Shown: positions 1-9,611, numbered from the stretch's first letter. The stretch is DNA of 64,000 bases from an uncultured Flavobacteriaceae bacterium (GCA_947497245.1 CANMFO010000004.1:119759-183758), one strand, 5' to 3'. A program made the numbers and translations. Notes: generated from the sequence alone by a model not told the origin.

Positions 1-1
1 C

Positions 2-169
2 GTTGCCATTTCGCACGCAATAAAAGCCGTAAATGATGGTTTTAAGAATAGTGTGAATGGATATGCATCCGAGATCAAGGCCTTTGGCGATTGCTTCGGA
101 ACAGCGGATTTCAAGGAAGGCACCACGGCCTTTCTCGAAAAGCGAAAGGCTAACTTTCCGGGCGCATAG
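2..169 (+). CDS. enoyl-CoA hydratase/isomerase (crotonase) family protein, C-terminal fragment; the gene starts upstream of the window
   Basis: Frame is open from the window edge to TAG at 167-169. The tail ...DFKEGTTAFLEKRKANFPGA is a typical crotonase-fold C-terminus. Confidence 0.5.
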   Translation, partial: VAISHAIKAVNDGFKNSVNGYASEIKAFGDCFGTADFKEGTTAFLEKRKANFPGA

Positions 170-189
170 CATCCTCCAAAAACCTACTT

Positions 190-1740
190 ATGAAACTTCA
201 AAAAAAGCTGGTCCTGCTGCTTTTTCTCACCGCTTTTACACTTTCAAAAGCGCAGGAGATTCCCGTAAAATATGACTTGGGGGAAAATTATTCCGATAGG
301 TATAAATTTTCGACGGTACTCTCAATAAGTCCTGCATCCAACGATGGGACAGTGTTGGTCCGCACCTATTTTGGTGGAATGCCCCTAAGGCCCAAAGGCC
401 ATTTTATAGAGGTGTATGACAAGGACATGAACCTAGTGGTCGACTATAACTACAAATATGCGGGCTACCACATGGTGGACGGATTTGTACGGAACGGACA
501 ATTGTACCTACTCGAACTGATCTATAGCGAATCCCGGCAAGCCTACGAATACCGCGTGCACCAAAGTCCGTTGGACGGTTTCAACTTTAGCGAGAGAACC
601 ATTCTATCCGTGCCGTCGAAAGAGGTGCTCAATCCACTTGCGGTCAATAAATACAATCGGAATTTTGGCAACGGATTCTCGACCGCCACTTTCTTCGACC
701 ATGACCAACAAGCTTTTGCCATTACTGTGCACCACCGGGAGCGTGGCGAACAGCGCTACCACATCCATTTGTTCGGGACCGACCTGAAAAAACACCTGAC
801 CTACGATTTTTCGGACCAGGTGGCCGATAAAAACTACGCGTTTGAGAACATTGAGGTCTCCAAGGATTTCCAAACCGTTTATTTTATGGGGAAAGCCTAT
901 TTTAAAAAACGCAGGTTCAATGTGAAGGAAAGGCGTTTTCAGTACGAATTGATAAAGTTTACAAGCGGTGCCCACAAAATACAGGAATTCAACGACGCGG
1001 GAAGATTTCCGGAAGCCCTGAAGCCCATTCTAGTTGACGGGCAGTTGTTGACGGTTGGTTTTTATGCCGATCGCAAGGACAACCGCTACAACGGGCTGGT
1101 ACATTTTAAATTGGATCCCCGGAGTTTGGATGTGCAGTCCAAGAAATACAATGCCTTTTCCGATCAGTTCATGGTCGACAAGTTTGGCAGGGAGGTCGAT
1201 GCCGAAATCAAGAACCTCATTTTTAAGGATGTCCATATCACCTCCAACAACGACATTCTGTTCAGTGCCGAAGAGTATTTCGTAACTACTGGAACAGATA
1301 TCTCGGATGGCCATACCCAAAAGGTCAAGAACTACCACTACAACGATATCGTCTGCGCCAAATTGAATAGTAAGGGCGATATGGTCTGGGCCAGGAACAT
1401 CAACAAGACCGAGGTGACAAGGGGAGATGAGGCCTACGCTTCGTACAGTGCCTATGGAAAGGACGACACGATGTACTTTTTTATCAACTCTGGTGAAAAC
1501 CCCCAGAAATTGGGCAAGAACAGGATCATTTTCAAGCAAGGCTACAGCCGCAATCCGAATATGTTCGTGATCAGGTTGGATGGGCAGGGAGAAATGGTGC
1601 ACCAAAAATTGATAGACGACAAAGCGGTACGGCTTCCCATTATGGTCTCCCGACCCTTGATCGACAAGGATACCGATCAACTGCTCTTCTACGCAAAAAG
1701 AGGAAGCAGGAAGCAGTTGGTCAAAGTCTCCGTTAATTAA
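190..1740 (+). CDS. hypothetical secreted protein (516 aa), no family recognised
   Basis: Long ORF with ATG at 190 and an N-terminal Sec signal (MKLQKKLVLLLFLTAFTLSKAQ). The antisense ORFs look like shadows. Confidence 0.6.
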   Translation: MKLQKKLVLLLFLTAFTLSKAQEIPVKYDLGENYSDRYKFSTVLSISPASNDGTVLVRTYFGGMPLRPKGHFIEVYDKDMNLVVDYNYKYAGYHMVDGFVRNGQLYLLELIYSESRQAYEYRVHQSPLDGFNFSERTILSVPSKEVLNPLAVNKYNRNFGNGFSTATFFDHDQQAFAITVHHRERGEQRYHIHLFGTDLKKHLTYDFSDQVADKNYAFENIEVSKDFQTVYFMGKAYFKKRRFNVKERRFQYELIKFTSGAHKIQEFNDAGRFPEALKPILVDGQLLTVGFYADRKDNRYNGLVHFKLDPRSLDVQSKKYNAFSDQFMVDKFGREVDAEIKNLIFKDVHITSNNDILFSAEEYFVTTGTDISDGHTQKVKNYHYNDIVCAKLNSKGDMVWARNINKTEVTRGDEAYASYSAYGKDDTMYFFINSGENPQKLGKNRIIFKQGYSRNPNMFVIRLDGQGEMVHQKLIDDKAVRLPIMVSRPLIDKDTDQLLFYAKRGSRKQLVKVSVN

Positions 1741-1755
1741 CATATGCCGTACGCG

Positions 1756-1797
1756 ATTATTGGATTAATTCCATAAATTTGGAATAAATCCAATAAT
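1756..1797. repeat. 42-bp AT-rich near-perfect palindrome abutting the next gene's start
   Basis: ATTATTGGATTAATTCCA-TAAATT-TGGAATAAATCCAATAAT. The 18-nt arms are 17/18 complementary. It ends 1 nt before the TTG start at 1798. Confidence 0.8.
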
Positions 1798-2871
1798 TTG
1801 AAATCAAAAGACCACATCAAAGGCCGCGGGGCCCAAAAAAATACGCCCAACAAGTTTTTGCAGCACATCTATGAAACCCGTGACGATTTTCTGGAATTTT
1901 GTCGTCTAGAAGGGGAATCGGCCGACAGCAACCGGACCCAATACCTTCCCATTTTCCCAAAGACCATTGTCAACAAGGTGACAAGTCCGGATGTGGGTAT
2001 GATGTACTCGATGAATCCTTACCAAGGCTGTGAGCACGGATGCATTTACTGCTATGCACGCAACACGCACGAATTTTGGGGCTATAGCGCCGGCCTCGAT
2101 TTTGAGCGCAGGATCTTGATCAAAAAAGATGCCGCCAAATTGTTGGAGGTCAAGATAAAGCACAAAGGTTGGAAGGCCGAGACCATTGTACTATCGGGAA
2201 ATACGGACTGCTATCAACCGGCCGAGCAAAAGTTCGGGATCACCCGCTCCTGTTTGGAGGTATTTCTGAAATACAGGCATCCCGTGGGGATCATCACGAA
2301 GAATGCCTTGGTTCTCAGAGATCTCGATATCCTAAAGGAACTCACCAAGGACCGATTGGTAGGGGTCAACGTTTCGGTTACTTCCCTGTCCGAGGAGACC
2401 CGGCGTATTTTGGAACCGCGTACCGTGTCCATCAAAAAACGTCTCAAGACGATTCGCATTCTTTCGGAAAACGATATTCCCGTGAATGCGATGCTGGCAC
2501 CGATCATTCCGGGCATCAACAGTCATGAGATCATGAACCTGGCCAAGGCCGTTTCGGACCATGGGGCGCTGTCCTTTGGTTTTACCGTGGTCCGGCTCAA
2601 TGGGGCCATTGGCCAGATTTTTACCGATTGGATCAGGAAAACCCTGCCCGATAGGGCCGACAAGGTACTCCATCAAATTGAGGCCTGTCATGGTGGTAGC
2701 TTGAACGATAGCCGTTTTGGAGTGCGCAATCGGGGTGAGGGCAAGATCGCCGCACAGATCCATGATCTGGCCCGTCTGGCCAAACACCACTATTTTAGAA
2801 ACAAGGTATTTCCCAAATTGAACACGGAGTTGCATGAGGTGTACAAGGCGGGGCAGATGCGGTTGTTTTAA
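1798..2871 (+). CDS. radical SAM protein (PA0069-like family)
   Basis: CxxxCxxC cluster motif in GCEHGCIYCYARNTHEFWG. The N-terminus has KGRGAQKNTPNKF. The apparent start is TTG, with no in-frame ATG upstream. Confidence 0.75.
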   Translation: MKSKDHIKGRGAQKNTPNKFLQHIYETRDDFLEFCRLEGESADSNRTQYLPIFPKTIVNKVTSPDVGMMYSMNPYQGCEHGCIYCYARNTHEFWGYSAGLDFERRILIKKDAAKLLEVKIKHKGWKAETIVLSGNTDCYQPAEQKFGITRSCLEVFLKYRHPVGIITKNALVLRDLDILKELTKDRLVGVNVSVTSLSEETRRILEPRTVSIKKRLKTIRILSENDIPVNAMLAPIIPGINSHEIMNLAKAVSDHGALSFGFTVVRLNGAIGQIFTDWIRKTLPDRADKVLHQIEACHGGSLNDSRFGVRNRGEGKIAAQIHDLARLAKHHYFRNKVFPKLNTELHEVYKAGQMRLF

Positions 2872-2945
2872 AATAAGTCCCAAAATTGTCCAATAAATAT
2901 TTTTGGAATCGTCTTCAAAGTAAACAGTAACTTTAGTAATCCAAA

Positions 2946-3305
2946 ATGTATAACATTATGAGCAATTATTTATTCTTATTCAGAGGGGGCGACAGCAGGA
3001 GATTGGAACAATCCCCGGAAGAAATGCAGGAACACATGCAAAAATGGGGTGCTTGGATGGGCGGCCTGAACGAGAAAGGGCAACTCGTTGACGGTTTGCC
3101 CCTCGCCAAGGACGGAAAGGTAGTCGAAAAGGCGGGAGAGGTGGTCACCGACGGACCCTTTGCCGAAGGGGCCGAAATTGTTGGCGGATATTTGATCGTA
3201 AGTTCGGATAGCCTACAAGGGGCCGTGGAAATCTCAAAAGGATGCCCAATTTTTGAACATGGGGGCAATGTTGAGGTACGGGAAATCATGTCCATGAACA
3301 TGTGA
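2946..3305 (+). CDS. YciI-like / DGPF-domain protein
   Basis: Contains VTDGPFAEGAEIVGGYLIV, the DGPF motif of YCII-related proteins. It lies directly upstream of an ECF sigma gene. An alternative ATG at 2958 (MSNYLFLF) is equally plausible. Confidence 0.7.
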   Translation: MYNIMSNYLFLFRGGDSRRLEQSPEEMQEHMQKWGAWMGGLNEKGQLVDGLPLAKDGKVVEKAGEVVTDGPFAEGAEIVGGYLIVSSDSLQGAVEISKGCPIFEHGGNVEVREIMSMNM

Positions 3306-3321
3306 TCCACAAAAGCTTATC

Positions 3322-3359
3322 AAAAAAAGTCCGAAGAAACCGTCGGACTTTTTATTTTT
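3322..3359 (+). terminator. rho-independent terminator/attenuator between the DGPF gene and the sigma gene
   Basis: A-tract, then GTCCGA (3329-3334), an 8-nt loop, TCGGAC (3343-3348), followed by TTTTTATTTTT. Confidence 0.55.
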
Positions 3360-3364
3360 AGGGT

Positions 3365-4618
3365 ATGTTCAGTCAAAACGATACGGTAGAAAATGTGTTT
3401 CGCTATGAATACGGAAAGATCATAGCGGTTTTGGTCAACAGGTTCGGGCCTTCCCATCTCGAAAACATTGAGGATGCCGTTCAAGACGCACTTTTGAAGG
3501 CCATGAAGGTATGGGGCTACAAAAACCCACCCGATAACCCGACCGCTTGGTTGCTTCGGGTGGCGTGCAACGGTCTTATAGATACCTTTCGGAAGAATCA
3601 AAAAATGAAATTGGACGATCCCGCGCTCTACTTCGACGCCGGCAAGGATCCCAAAGAGCTATTGCTGAAGGACGGAATATCCGATAGCCAGTTAAAGATG
3701 ATCTTTGCCTGTTGCCACCCTTCCTTGTCCGTGGAATACCAGATCATTCTGAGTTTAAAGCTCATTGGTGGTTTTGGCAACCGGGAAATTGCCAAGGTGC
3801 TCTTGAAAAAAGAGGAGACCGTCGCCAAATCGTTTACCAGGGCAAAAGCCAAACTTAAGGAGGAAATAACCACCTTGGACATTCCGATCGAGATCGGCCT
3901 GCAATCCAGGCTTTTTGTGGTCATGAGGGTCATTTATCTGTTGTTTTCAGAAGGCTACGCACCCTATTCGGGTGAAACAGTAGTGCGAAGGGACATTTGT
4001 TATGAAGCCATCCGTTTGGCTTTGTTGCTGGACGAAAACCGATATTGTCGACATCCAAACTTGAACGCATTGATCGCTTTGATGTGTTTTCATGTTTCAC
4101 GATTTGATGCCCGGATGGACCAAAATATGGAATTGGTGGATCTGGAGCACCAAGATCGCTCCAGATATGATGGAGAGCTTATTCGCATCGGTATTTCCCA
4201 TCTTGGAAATGCGGGAACAACGGACAGGCTGCCCTCCAAATATCATCTGGAGGCAGCCGTATCCTACTATCATTGCAGTGCCAAAACTTTTGAGGAAACC
4301 GATTGGAGGGCCATATTGCAGTTGTACAATCTGCAAATGGACCAACAGTATTCCCCGATTGTCCAATTGAACAGAATAGTGCCCTATTTAAAGGTTTACG
4401 GAGCAAAAAGGGCTTTTTGGGAATTACGGAACTTCGAGAACAGCCCCCATTTTACGGAAAACGCCCTATACCATGCCATTAAGGCGGAGTTGTGGTATCA
4501 GCTGGGCGATAAAGCCGCTGCGGGGCCCAGCATGGAGAAAGCCATGGCATTGACCAACAATGTGCTGGAAAAGAAACACCTTCACAAAAAACTGCAACAA
4601 TGGGAAGGACCATGTTAA
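3365..4618 (+). CDS. ECF-type RNA polymerase sigma factor with a long C-terminal extension (ECF42-like)
   Basis: The N-terminal ~170 aa look like sigma-70 regions 2 and 4 (VENVFRYEYGKIIAVLVNRFG..., ...GNREIAKVLLKKEETVAKSFTRAKAKLKE). A ~240-aa helical repeat-like tail follows. The gene is paired with a DGPF protein. Confidence 0.75.
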   Translation: MFSQNDTVENVFRYEYGKIIAVLVNRFGPSHLENIEDAVQDALLKAMKVWGYKNPPDNPTAWLLRVACNGLIDTFRKNQKMKLDDPALYFDAGKDPKELLLKDGISDSQLKMIFACCHPSLSVEYQIILSLKLIGGFGNREIAKVLLKKEETVAKSFTRAKAKLKEEITTLDIPIEIGLQSRLFVVMRVIYLLFSEGYAPYSGETVVRRDICYEAIRLALLLDENRYCRHPNLNALIALMCFHVSRFDARMDQNMELVDLEHQDRSRYDGELIRIGISHLGNAGTTDRLPSKYHLEAAVSYYHCSAKTFEETDWRAILQLYNLQMDQQYSPIVQLNRIVPYLKVYGAKRAFWELRNFENSPHFTENALYHAIKAELWYQLGDKAAAGPSMEKAMALTNNVLEKKHLHKKLQQWEGPC

Positions 4619-4640
4619 GGATAGGTTGGCCCTTTTTTTC

Positions 4641-6065
4641 CTATCCCAGCCCCCATCCTTTTCGATAGCTTCCCTTGACCCATTCGTTGGCCAAGTCCCA
4701 GTTGGTTACCTTCATATTGGAACCGTCCCAAAGGATCTTTCTTCTTCCAGGGTACTCAAAAGGATCCCAGTCTCCGGCTTTTTTGCCCGGCTTGAATTTT
4801 TTGTACTGAAATGCCTTGATCGCCAAGTTGCCCATCAACACCGCTTCGGTCAATGGTCCGGAACGCTTGAAATCCGATGACGTTTCCGTTCCGGTCAGGC
4901 AACCTTCCACAAAATTGTTCTGGTGGCCACCGGTATCCCCTTCGATCCGCTTCAAATACGGTGCCGGGGGGTTCATCAATTTCATGGTCTCGGAAGGAAG
5001 CAAACGGGCGTTCCTTGAATAGGTGTCACAGATCAGGATACCACGGGTTCCGTAAAAAATAGATCCACCGCCGCCATCTCCAATGGTCTCCCCATCCTTC
5101 AATTCGTCTGGAAGATCTGGCAACAGGCCGCCATCATACCAGTTCAGGGCAATATCGCCGTGTTCCTCGGTGTTGAATTTCAATCGTACGATGGACGAAG
5201 CAGGGCAGGAGGCACTGTAGTCGGCCTCCACAAAGTCACCGACCCAATTGGTGGTGCAGCTGGCCTCCGCTTCGGTCGGGTAGCCCAGGTCGAGCACGCC
5301 GAAGGGGGTTTCCATGATATGGCAGCCCATATCCCCCAGGGCACCTGTTCCAAAATCCCAAAACCCTCTCCATTTAAAGGGTAGGTAGGCTTCGTTGTAG
5401 TCGCGCATCGCTGCCCCGCCCAACCAAAGGTCCCAATCGAGGCCTTTGGGCACCTTGTGTTTTTCGGTGGGCGACGGAACCCCTTGGGGCCATACCGGAC
5501 GGTTGGTCCAACAGTCGACCTTGTACACCTTTCCGATGACTCCAGACTGTATCCACTCTTTGGCCTCCCGACTTCCATCACTGGAGGCGCCCTGGTTGCC
5601 CATCTGCGTCACAATGCCATTTTCCTTGGCCACCTGCGTCATCATACGGGCCTCGTTGATATTGTGTGTCAGGGGCTTCTCGACGTAGGCATGTTTTTTG
5701 GCCCGCATAAACGGAAGGGCTATACTCGCGTGCATATGATCGGGTGTGGCGACCATGATCGCATCCATTTCGCCCAAATGTTTGTCATAGACCTTTCTGA
5801 AGTCTTTGTATTTTTTTGCCTTCGGATATTTTTTGTAGCTATCCGCCGCTCTCCTATCATCCACATCGCACAGGGTGACAAACTTTACTTTTTGGGTCTC
5901 GTACATCCCACGCATGACACCGGCACCACGCCCTCCAACGCCAAAGGCACCTACGTAGAGCGTATCACTTGGTGCCACATGGTTCTTGCCCATTACAAAG
6001 CTGGGTACAATGGTAAATGCGGTCGAGGCCGCTACGGTATTCTTGATAAACTTTCTTCTTTGCAT
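4641..6065 (-). CDS. Gfo/Idh/MocA family oxidoreductase with a Tat signal
   Basis: Twin-arginine leader MQRRKFIKNTVAASTAFT. Rossmann motif GAFGVGGRGAG. Also contains VEKPLTHN. The ORF-track start at 6128 is probably too long; ATG at 6065 is preferred. Confidence 0.8.
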   Translation of the reverse strand: MQRRKFIKNTVAASTAFTIVPSFVMGKNHVAPSDTLYVGAFGVGGRGAGVMRGMYETQKVKFVTLCDVDDRRAADSYKKYPKAKKYKDFRKVYDKHLGEMDAIMVATPDHMHASIALPFMRAKKHAYVEKPLTHNINEARMMTQVAKENGIVTQMGNQGASSDGSREAKEWIQSGVIGKVYKVDCWTNRPVWPQGVPSPTEKHKVPKGLDWDLWLGGAAMRDYNEAYLPFKWRGFWDFGTGALGDMGCHIMETPFGVLDLGYPTEAEASCTTNWVGDFVEADYSASCPASSIVRLKFNTEEHGDIALNWYDGGLLPDLPDELKDGETIGDGGGGSIFYGTRGILICDTYSRNARLLPSETMKLMNPPAPYLKRIEGDTGGHQNNFVEGCLTGTETSSDFKRSGPLTEAVLMGNLAIKAFQYKKFKPGKKAGDWDPFEYPGRRKILWDGSNMKVTNWDLANEWVKGSYRKGWGLG

Positions 6066-6144
6066 TTTGTTGATCGTATTGAAGTTTGAATTTGGAAGAT
6101 ACAAAAAAATGGGACTATGGAGAGCCATAATTTGGGTTTAAAAT

Positions 6145-6840
6145 TCAAAGGCCCGTTTCCCTGCTTTCCCGTACGGAAGTTCTGGTGTCGGGATGCCACT
6201 CTGTATAAAACTGTTCCAAGTAATCCAGCATGTATTGATGACGTTGTTCGGCCAGTTTCCTTCCTGTATCCGTATTCATTTTATCTTTGAGCAACAAGAG
6301 CTTCTCATAGAAATGGTTGATGGTCGGGGCCTGGGTTTTTTTGTATTCTTCCTTGGTCATGTTCGGATTGGGGGCGATATCGGGATTGTAGATTTCCCTG
6401 TTTTTGAACCCACCGTAGTTAAAGGCCCGTGCAATTCCAATGGCCCCTATGGCATCGAGTCTGTCCGCATCCTGCACAACCTGTAGTTCCAGGGAGTTGA
6501 AGTGGTTTCCCTCGGTGGATAAGCTATTTTTGAAAGAAATATTTTCTATGATTTTGACGACATGGTCACTTACATCTTGATCAAGGGCCATGGAGCCCAT
6601 AAAGGTCCTGGCCAATTCCGGCCCTATCGTTTCATCCCCATCGTGAAATTTTGCGTCCGCGATATCGTGCAACAACGCAGCCAGGGAAACGACCAATGAA
6701 TCCACGTCCTCCCCTACGGCTATCTTACCGGCGTTTACAAAAACGCGGTGGATATGGAACCAATCATGGCCGCCCTCGGCGCCTTGTAAGGTCTCCTTTA
6801 CGAAGGCCACGGTACGATCAATGTATTCGCTATTGGTCAT
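6145..6840 (-). CDS. HD-domain phosphohydrolase
   Basis: Motifs GGHDWFHIHRV and LLHDIADAK match the H...HD...D pattern. Its ATG overlaps the upstream plsC stop (ATGA at 6837-6840). Confidence 0.75.
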   Translation of the reverse strand: MTNSEYIDRTVAFVKETLQGAEGGHDWFHIHRVFVNAGKIAVGEDVDSLVVSLAALLHDIADAKFHDGDETIGPELARTFMGSMALDQDVSDHVVKIIENISFKNSLSTEGNHFNSLELQVVQDADRLDAIGAIGIARAFNYGGFKNREIYNPDIAPNPNMTKEEYKKTQAPTINHFYEKLLLLKDKMNTDTGRKLAEQRHQYMLDYLEQFYTEWHPDTRTSVRESRETGL

Positions 6841-7574
6841 TGAAATGAGCTTATGCCCGAAACTACCGCTTTTTCCACTTGCGACAAAACACTGTCGAGA
6901 TTTCCCTTGACTTCTATGGGAGGGTGCACCTCGTAGGTAATGTGGCTGCCGATACCATTGGGAAATTTGCCGTAGCGAAGCATTTTCCAGGAATTGTTGA
7001 TGCTGATGGGGACCACTAGGGCGGAAGGGGCATTCCGCATCAGCAATTTAAGCCCCGTGGTCTTGAACGGTTTCGGATGTCCGGTCCGGCTACGGGTGCC
7101 TTCCGGAAAAATGACCGCACTTCTATGGTGCCGCTCGATATATTTACCTAGTTTGACGATTTCGCCCAAAGCCTGCTTATTGTCCTTGCGGTCGATCAGT
7201 ACCGAACCTCCGTGGCGCAGGTTGTAGGAAACGCTGGGAATGCCTTTCCCGAGTTCCATTTTGCTCACAAATTTCGGATGGTGCTTTCGCATGAACCAAA
7301 TAATGGGCGGAATATCGTGCATGCTCTGGTGGTTGGGCACGATGATCAAAGGACGGTCCGTCGGTATTTGGTGGGGGTTCCTGAAGGAATAGGTCGTTCC
7401 CAAAAGATGGGTGCAGCGCATCAAACAAAGGTTCAACAGGGAAACACTTTTTTTATGCGCCCCGTAGCCCAACCAATTGAAGCAGGCCCATTGAACGGGA
7501 TGGAAGACCAACAGGCACGACCCAAAGAATATCAGGTAAAGGAAGGTCAATGGATAGGCCATCAATTTTTGCAT
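6837..7574 (-). CDS. plsC: 1-acyl-sn-glycerol-3-phosphate acyltransferase
   Basis: HX4D acyltransferase motif NHQSMHDIPP plus FPEGTRSRTG, with an N-terminal hydrophobic segment. Confidence 0.75.
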   Translation of the reverse strand: MQKLMAYPLTFLYLIFFGSCLLVFHPVQWACFNWLGYGAHKKSVSLLNLCLMRCTHLLGTTYSFRNPHQIPTDRPLIIVPNHQSMHDIPPIIWFMRKHHPKFVSKMELGKGIPSVSYNLRHGGSVLIDRKDNKQALGEIVKLGKYIERHHRSAVIFPEGTRSRTGHPKPFKTTGLKLLMRNAPSALVVPISINNSWKMLRYGKFPNGIGSHITYEVHPPIEVKGNLDSVLSQVEKAVVSGISSFQ

Positions 7575-7584
7575 AGTGCAAAAA

Positions 7585-7616
7585 TAAAAAACCGCCCATT
7601 ACGGAGCGGTTTTTTA
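7585..7616 (-). terminator. rho-independent terminator after the bacilliredoxin-like gene
   Basis: Minus strand reads CCGCTC-CGTAAT-GGGCGG followed by TTTTTTATTTT. An A-tract on the other side makes it potentially bidirectional. Confidence 0.6.
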
Positions 7617-7656
7617 TAATTATTTGTTGTCCTTCCAAGAAGGATTTAAAGAGGGC

Positions 7657-8067
7657 CTAGCAGAACTCGTTGAACGCCTCAACCAAATTTTCCGCAATGA
7701 TCTCAGCGGGCCTCCCCTCGATATGGTGCCTCTCGATCATATGCACCAATTCCCCATTTTTGAACAGGGCCATACTGGGCGATGAAGGGGGAAAGGGAAC
7801 CATTAAGTTCCGTGCGGCATCGACCGCTTCGGTATCAACACCGGCGAAAACCGTTACAATATGATCGGGCTTTTTGGTATTCTGTAAACTCATTTTTGCA
7901 GCGGGTCGGGCGTTGGCCGCTGCACAACCACAAACCGAGTTGACCACGACCAAGGTGGTGCCATCCTGCTTGATCGCATTTTCGACGGCTTCGGCCGTAT
8001 ACAATTCTTCAAACCCGGCCAAGGCCAAGTCATCTCTCATAGGTTTTACCAATTCTGCGGGATACAT
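7657..8067 (-). CDS. BrxA/BrxB-type bacilliredoxin-like thiol-disulfide protein (DUF1094/YphP family)
   Basis: Contains VVNSVCGCAAANARPAA, the CGC redox motif in the family-typical context. Length is 136 aa. Confidence 0.7.
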   Translation of the reverse strand: MYPAELVKPMRDDLALAGFEELYTAEAVENAIKQDGTTLVVVNSVCGCAAANARPAAKMSLQNTKKPDHIVTVFAGVDTEAVDAARNLMVPFPPSSPSMALFKNGELVHMIERHHIEGRPAEIIAENLVEAFNEFC

Positions 8068-8286
8068 AGTCTTACTTTTTTTAATTCAGTCTTCAAAGAT
8101 AGGGCTTTTGTCGTATTTTTTGCTAGTACTTAACAAAAGAAGGGCGCAAAGGCGGGGACCAAAGGCCGGGATTTCTTCCTCGCATCAGTATTATGTGGAC
8201 GCCCGCACTTCATCTTTGTGCTTGAGGCCCGAACTCGGTTCGTGTTTCTCCCAAAATCCTATCTTTGAAAAAAAACCGAATACAAC

Positions 8287-9021
8287 ATGGTCAAATGGGT
8301 TGCCGCTATCCTTGGATATTATATGTTTCGTTTTCCAGGTGCGATTTTGGGGTTTCTTGTAGGGAGCTTTCTCGATAATACCATGAACAGTGGGGGCAGT
8401 GCCAAAACAATTTTTCGGGATATGACCCGACAAAGTGTGTCCCCAGCCGATTTTGAGCTCAATCTGCTTTCGCTCTGCTCCCTTGTGATCAAGGCCGATG
8501 GCACCGTCAGTCAAACGGAAATGGACTATGTGCGGCTGTACTTTGTGCGCACCTACGGGAAAGAGAAAGCGAACGCCATCTTCAGGACGTTCAATGAGAT
8601 CAACAAAAAACGGGAAATCTCGGCCCAGCGTATCGGGACGTACCTCACCCAACGTACCCGGTATGAAGTACGGTTGCAACTGCTGCATTTTTTATTTGGA
8701 ATTGCCCAGGCCGACGGAGCGGTCAGTACACCTGAGATCAATAAAATTAGGGAAATCGCGGGCTATTTCCGGGTGGCCATGCGAGATTTTGAAAGCATTA
8801 AGGCCATGTTCGTAAAGTCTGCGGACACCGCCTACAAAATACTGGAAATTGAGAAAACGGCTACCGACGACCAGGTGAAGAAAGCCTATCGCACCATGGC
8901 CAAAAAATACCATCCCGATCGTGTAAACACCAAGGATGAAGCCATCAAAAAAGGTGCTGAGGAGAAATTCAAGGAGGTGCAGAAGGCGTACGAGACCATT
9001 CAGAACCAAAGAGGGTTGTAA
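8287..9021 (+). CDS. DjlA-like co-chaperone: N-terminal TM segment, TerB-like domain and C-terminal J domain
   Basis: TM segment VAAILGYYMFRFPGAILGFLVGSFL. The C-terminal J domain reads AYKILEIEKTATDDQVKKAYRTMAKKYHPDRV, including the HPD motif. Confidence 0.7.
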   Translation: MVKWVAAILGYYMFRFPGAILGFLVGSFLDNTMNSGGSAKTIFRDMTRQSVSPADFELNLLSLCSLVIKADGTVSQTEMDYVRLYFVRTYGKEKANAIFRTFNEINKKREISAQRIGTYLTQRTRYEVRLQLLHFLFGIAQADGAVSTPEINKIREIAGYFRVAMRDFESIKAMFVKSADTAYKILEIEKTATDDQVKKAYRTMAKKYHPDRVNTKDEAIKKGAEEKFKEVQKAYETIQNQRGL

Positions 9022-9059
9022 AGCGAAATATGGGATTTGGCCCCCTTGGGTACCATCGC

Positions 9060-9611
9060 CTAGGCTTCCGGATTCTTGTCCCGAATGCGTTTGTAGAGTC
9101 GTATGCCAAGCATCAACAATATCCCCAAGACAACCATTCCGATCACACCGAAGACCCAATTGATGGCACTTTTCAGAATGACAAGGAAAATTACCGCGAA
9201 AAGGATCAGCGTGGCCCCCTCGTTCCATATTCGCATGTAATTGCCGGTGTACTTGATCTCGTCCTGCTGCAACTGTTTGAAGATATAATGGTTTTTAAGG
9301 TGGTAGAGGACCAACAAAACAACAAATCCCAATTTTATGTGCATCCACGGCTGTTGCAACAAAATGGGTTGGATGGCCAGCAACAAAATTGCGAAAAAAG
9401 TGCACAATATGGCCGAGGGCCAGGTTATGATAAACCATAACCTTTTGGTCATCAATTGTAGTTGTTTGGTCAAGATTTCCCTTTCAGGGGATGGTTTTTC
9501 GGAAGCTTCGATATGATAGATGAACAATCTGGGGATATAGAACAGTCCGGCAAACCAGGTAATCACAAAAATCAAGTGCAAGGCTTTGATATAGTTGTAG
9601 TATTCTGACAC
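9060..9611 (-). CDS. hemJ: protoporphyrinogen IX oxidase HemJ (CopD-like membrane protein)
   Basis: YIKALHLIFVITWFAGLFYIPRLFIYH is the HemJ signature region. There are 4-5 TM segments. The apparent start is GTG at 9611. Confidence 0.7.
   Translation of the reverse strand: MSEYYNYIKALHLIFVITWFAGLFYIPRLFIYHIEASEKPSPEREILTKQLQLMTKRLWFIITWPSAILCTFFAILLLAIQPILLQQPWMHIKLGFVVLLVLYHLKNHYIFKQLQQDEIKYTGNYMRIWNEGATLILFAVIFLVILKSAINWVFGVIGMVVLGILLMLGIRLYKRIRDKNPEA

Noticed and set aside
8287-9021. TerB-domain protein as part of a tellurite-resistance (ter) cluster, possibly linked to the AAA cluster
   Set aside because: No terC/terD/terZ/telA-type neighbours are present. The TM plus TerB-like plus J-domain architecture is that of DjlA-type co-chaperones, and the gene lies 17 kb from the AAA cluster.
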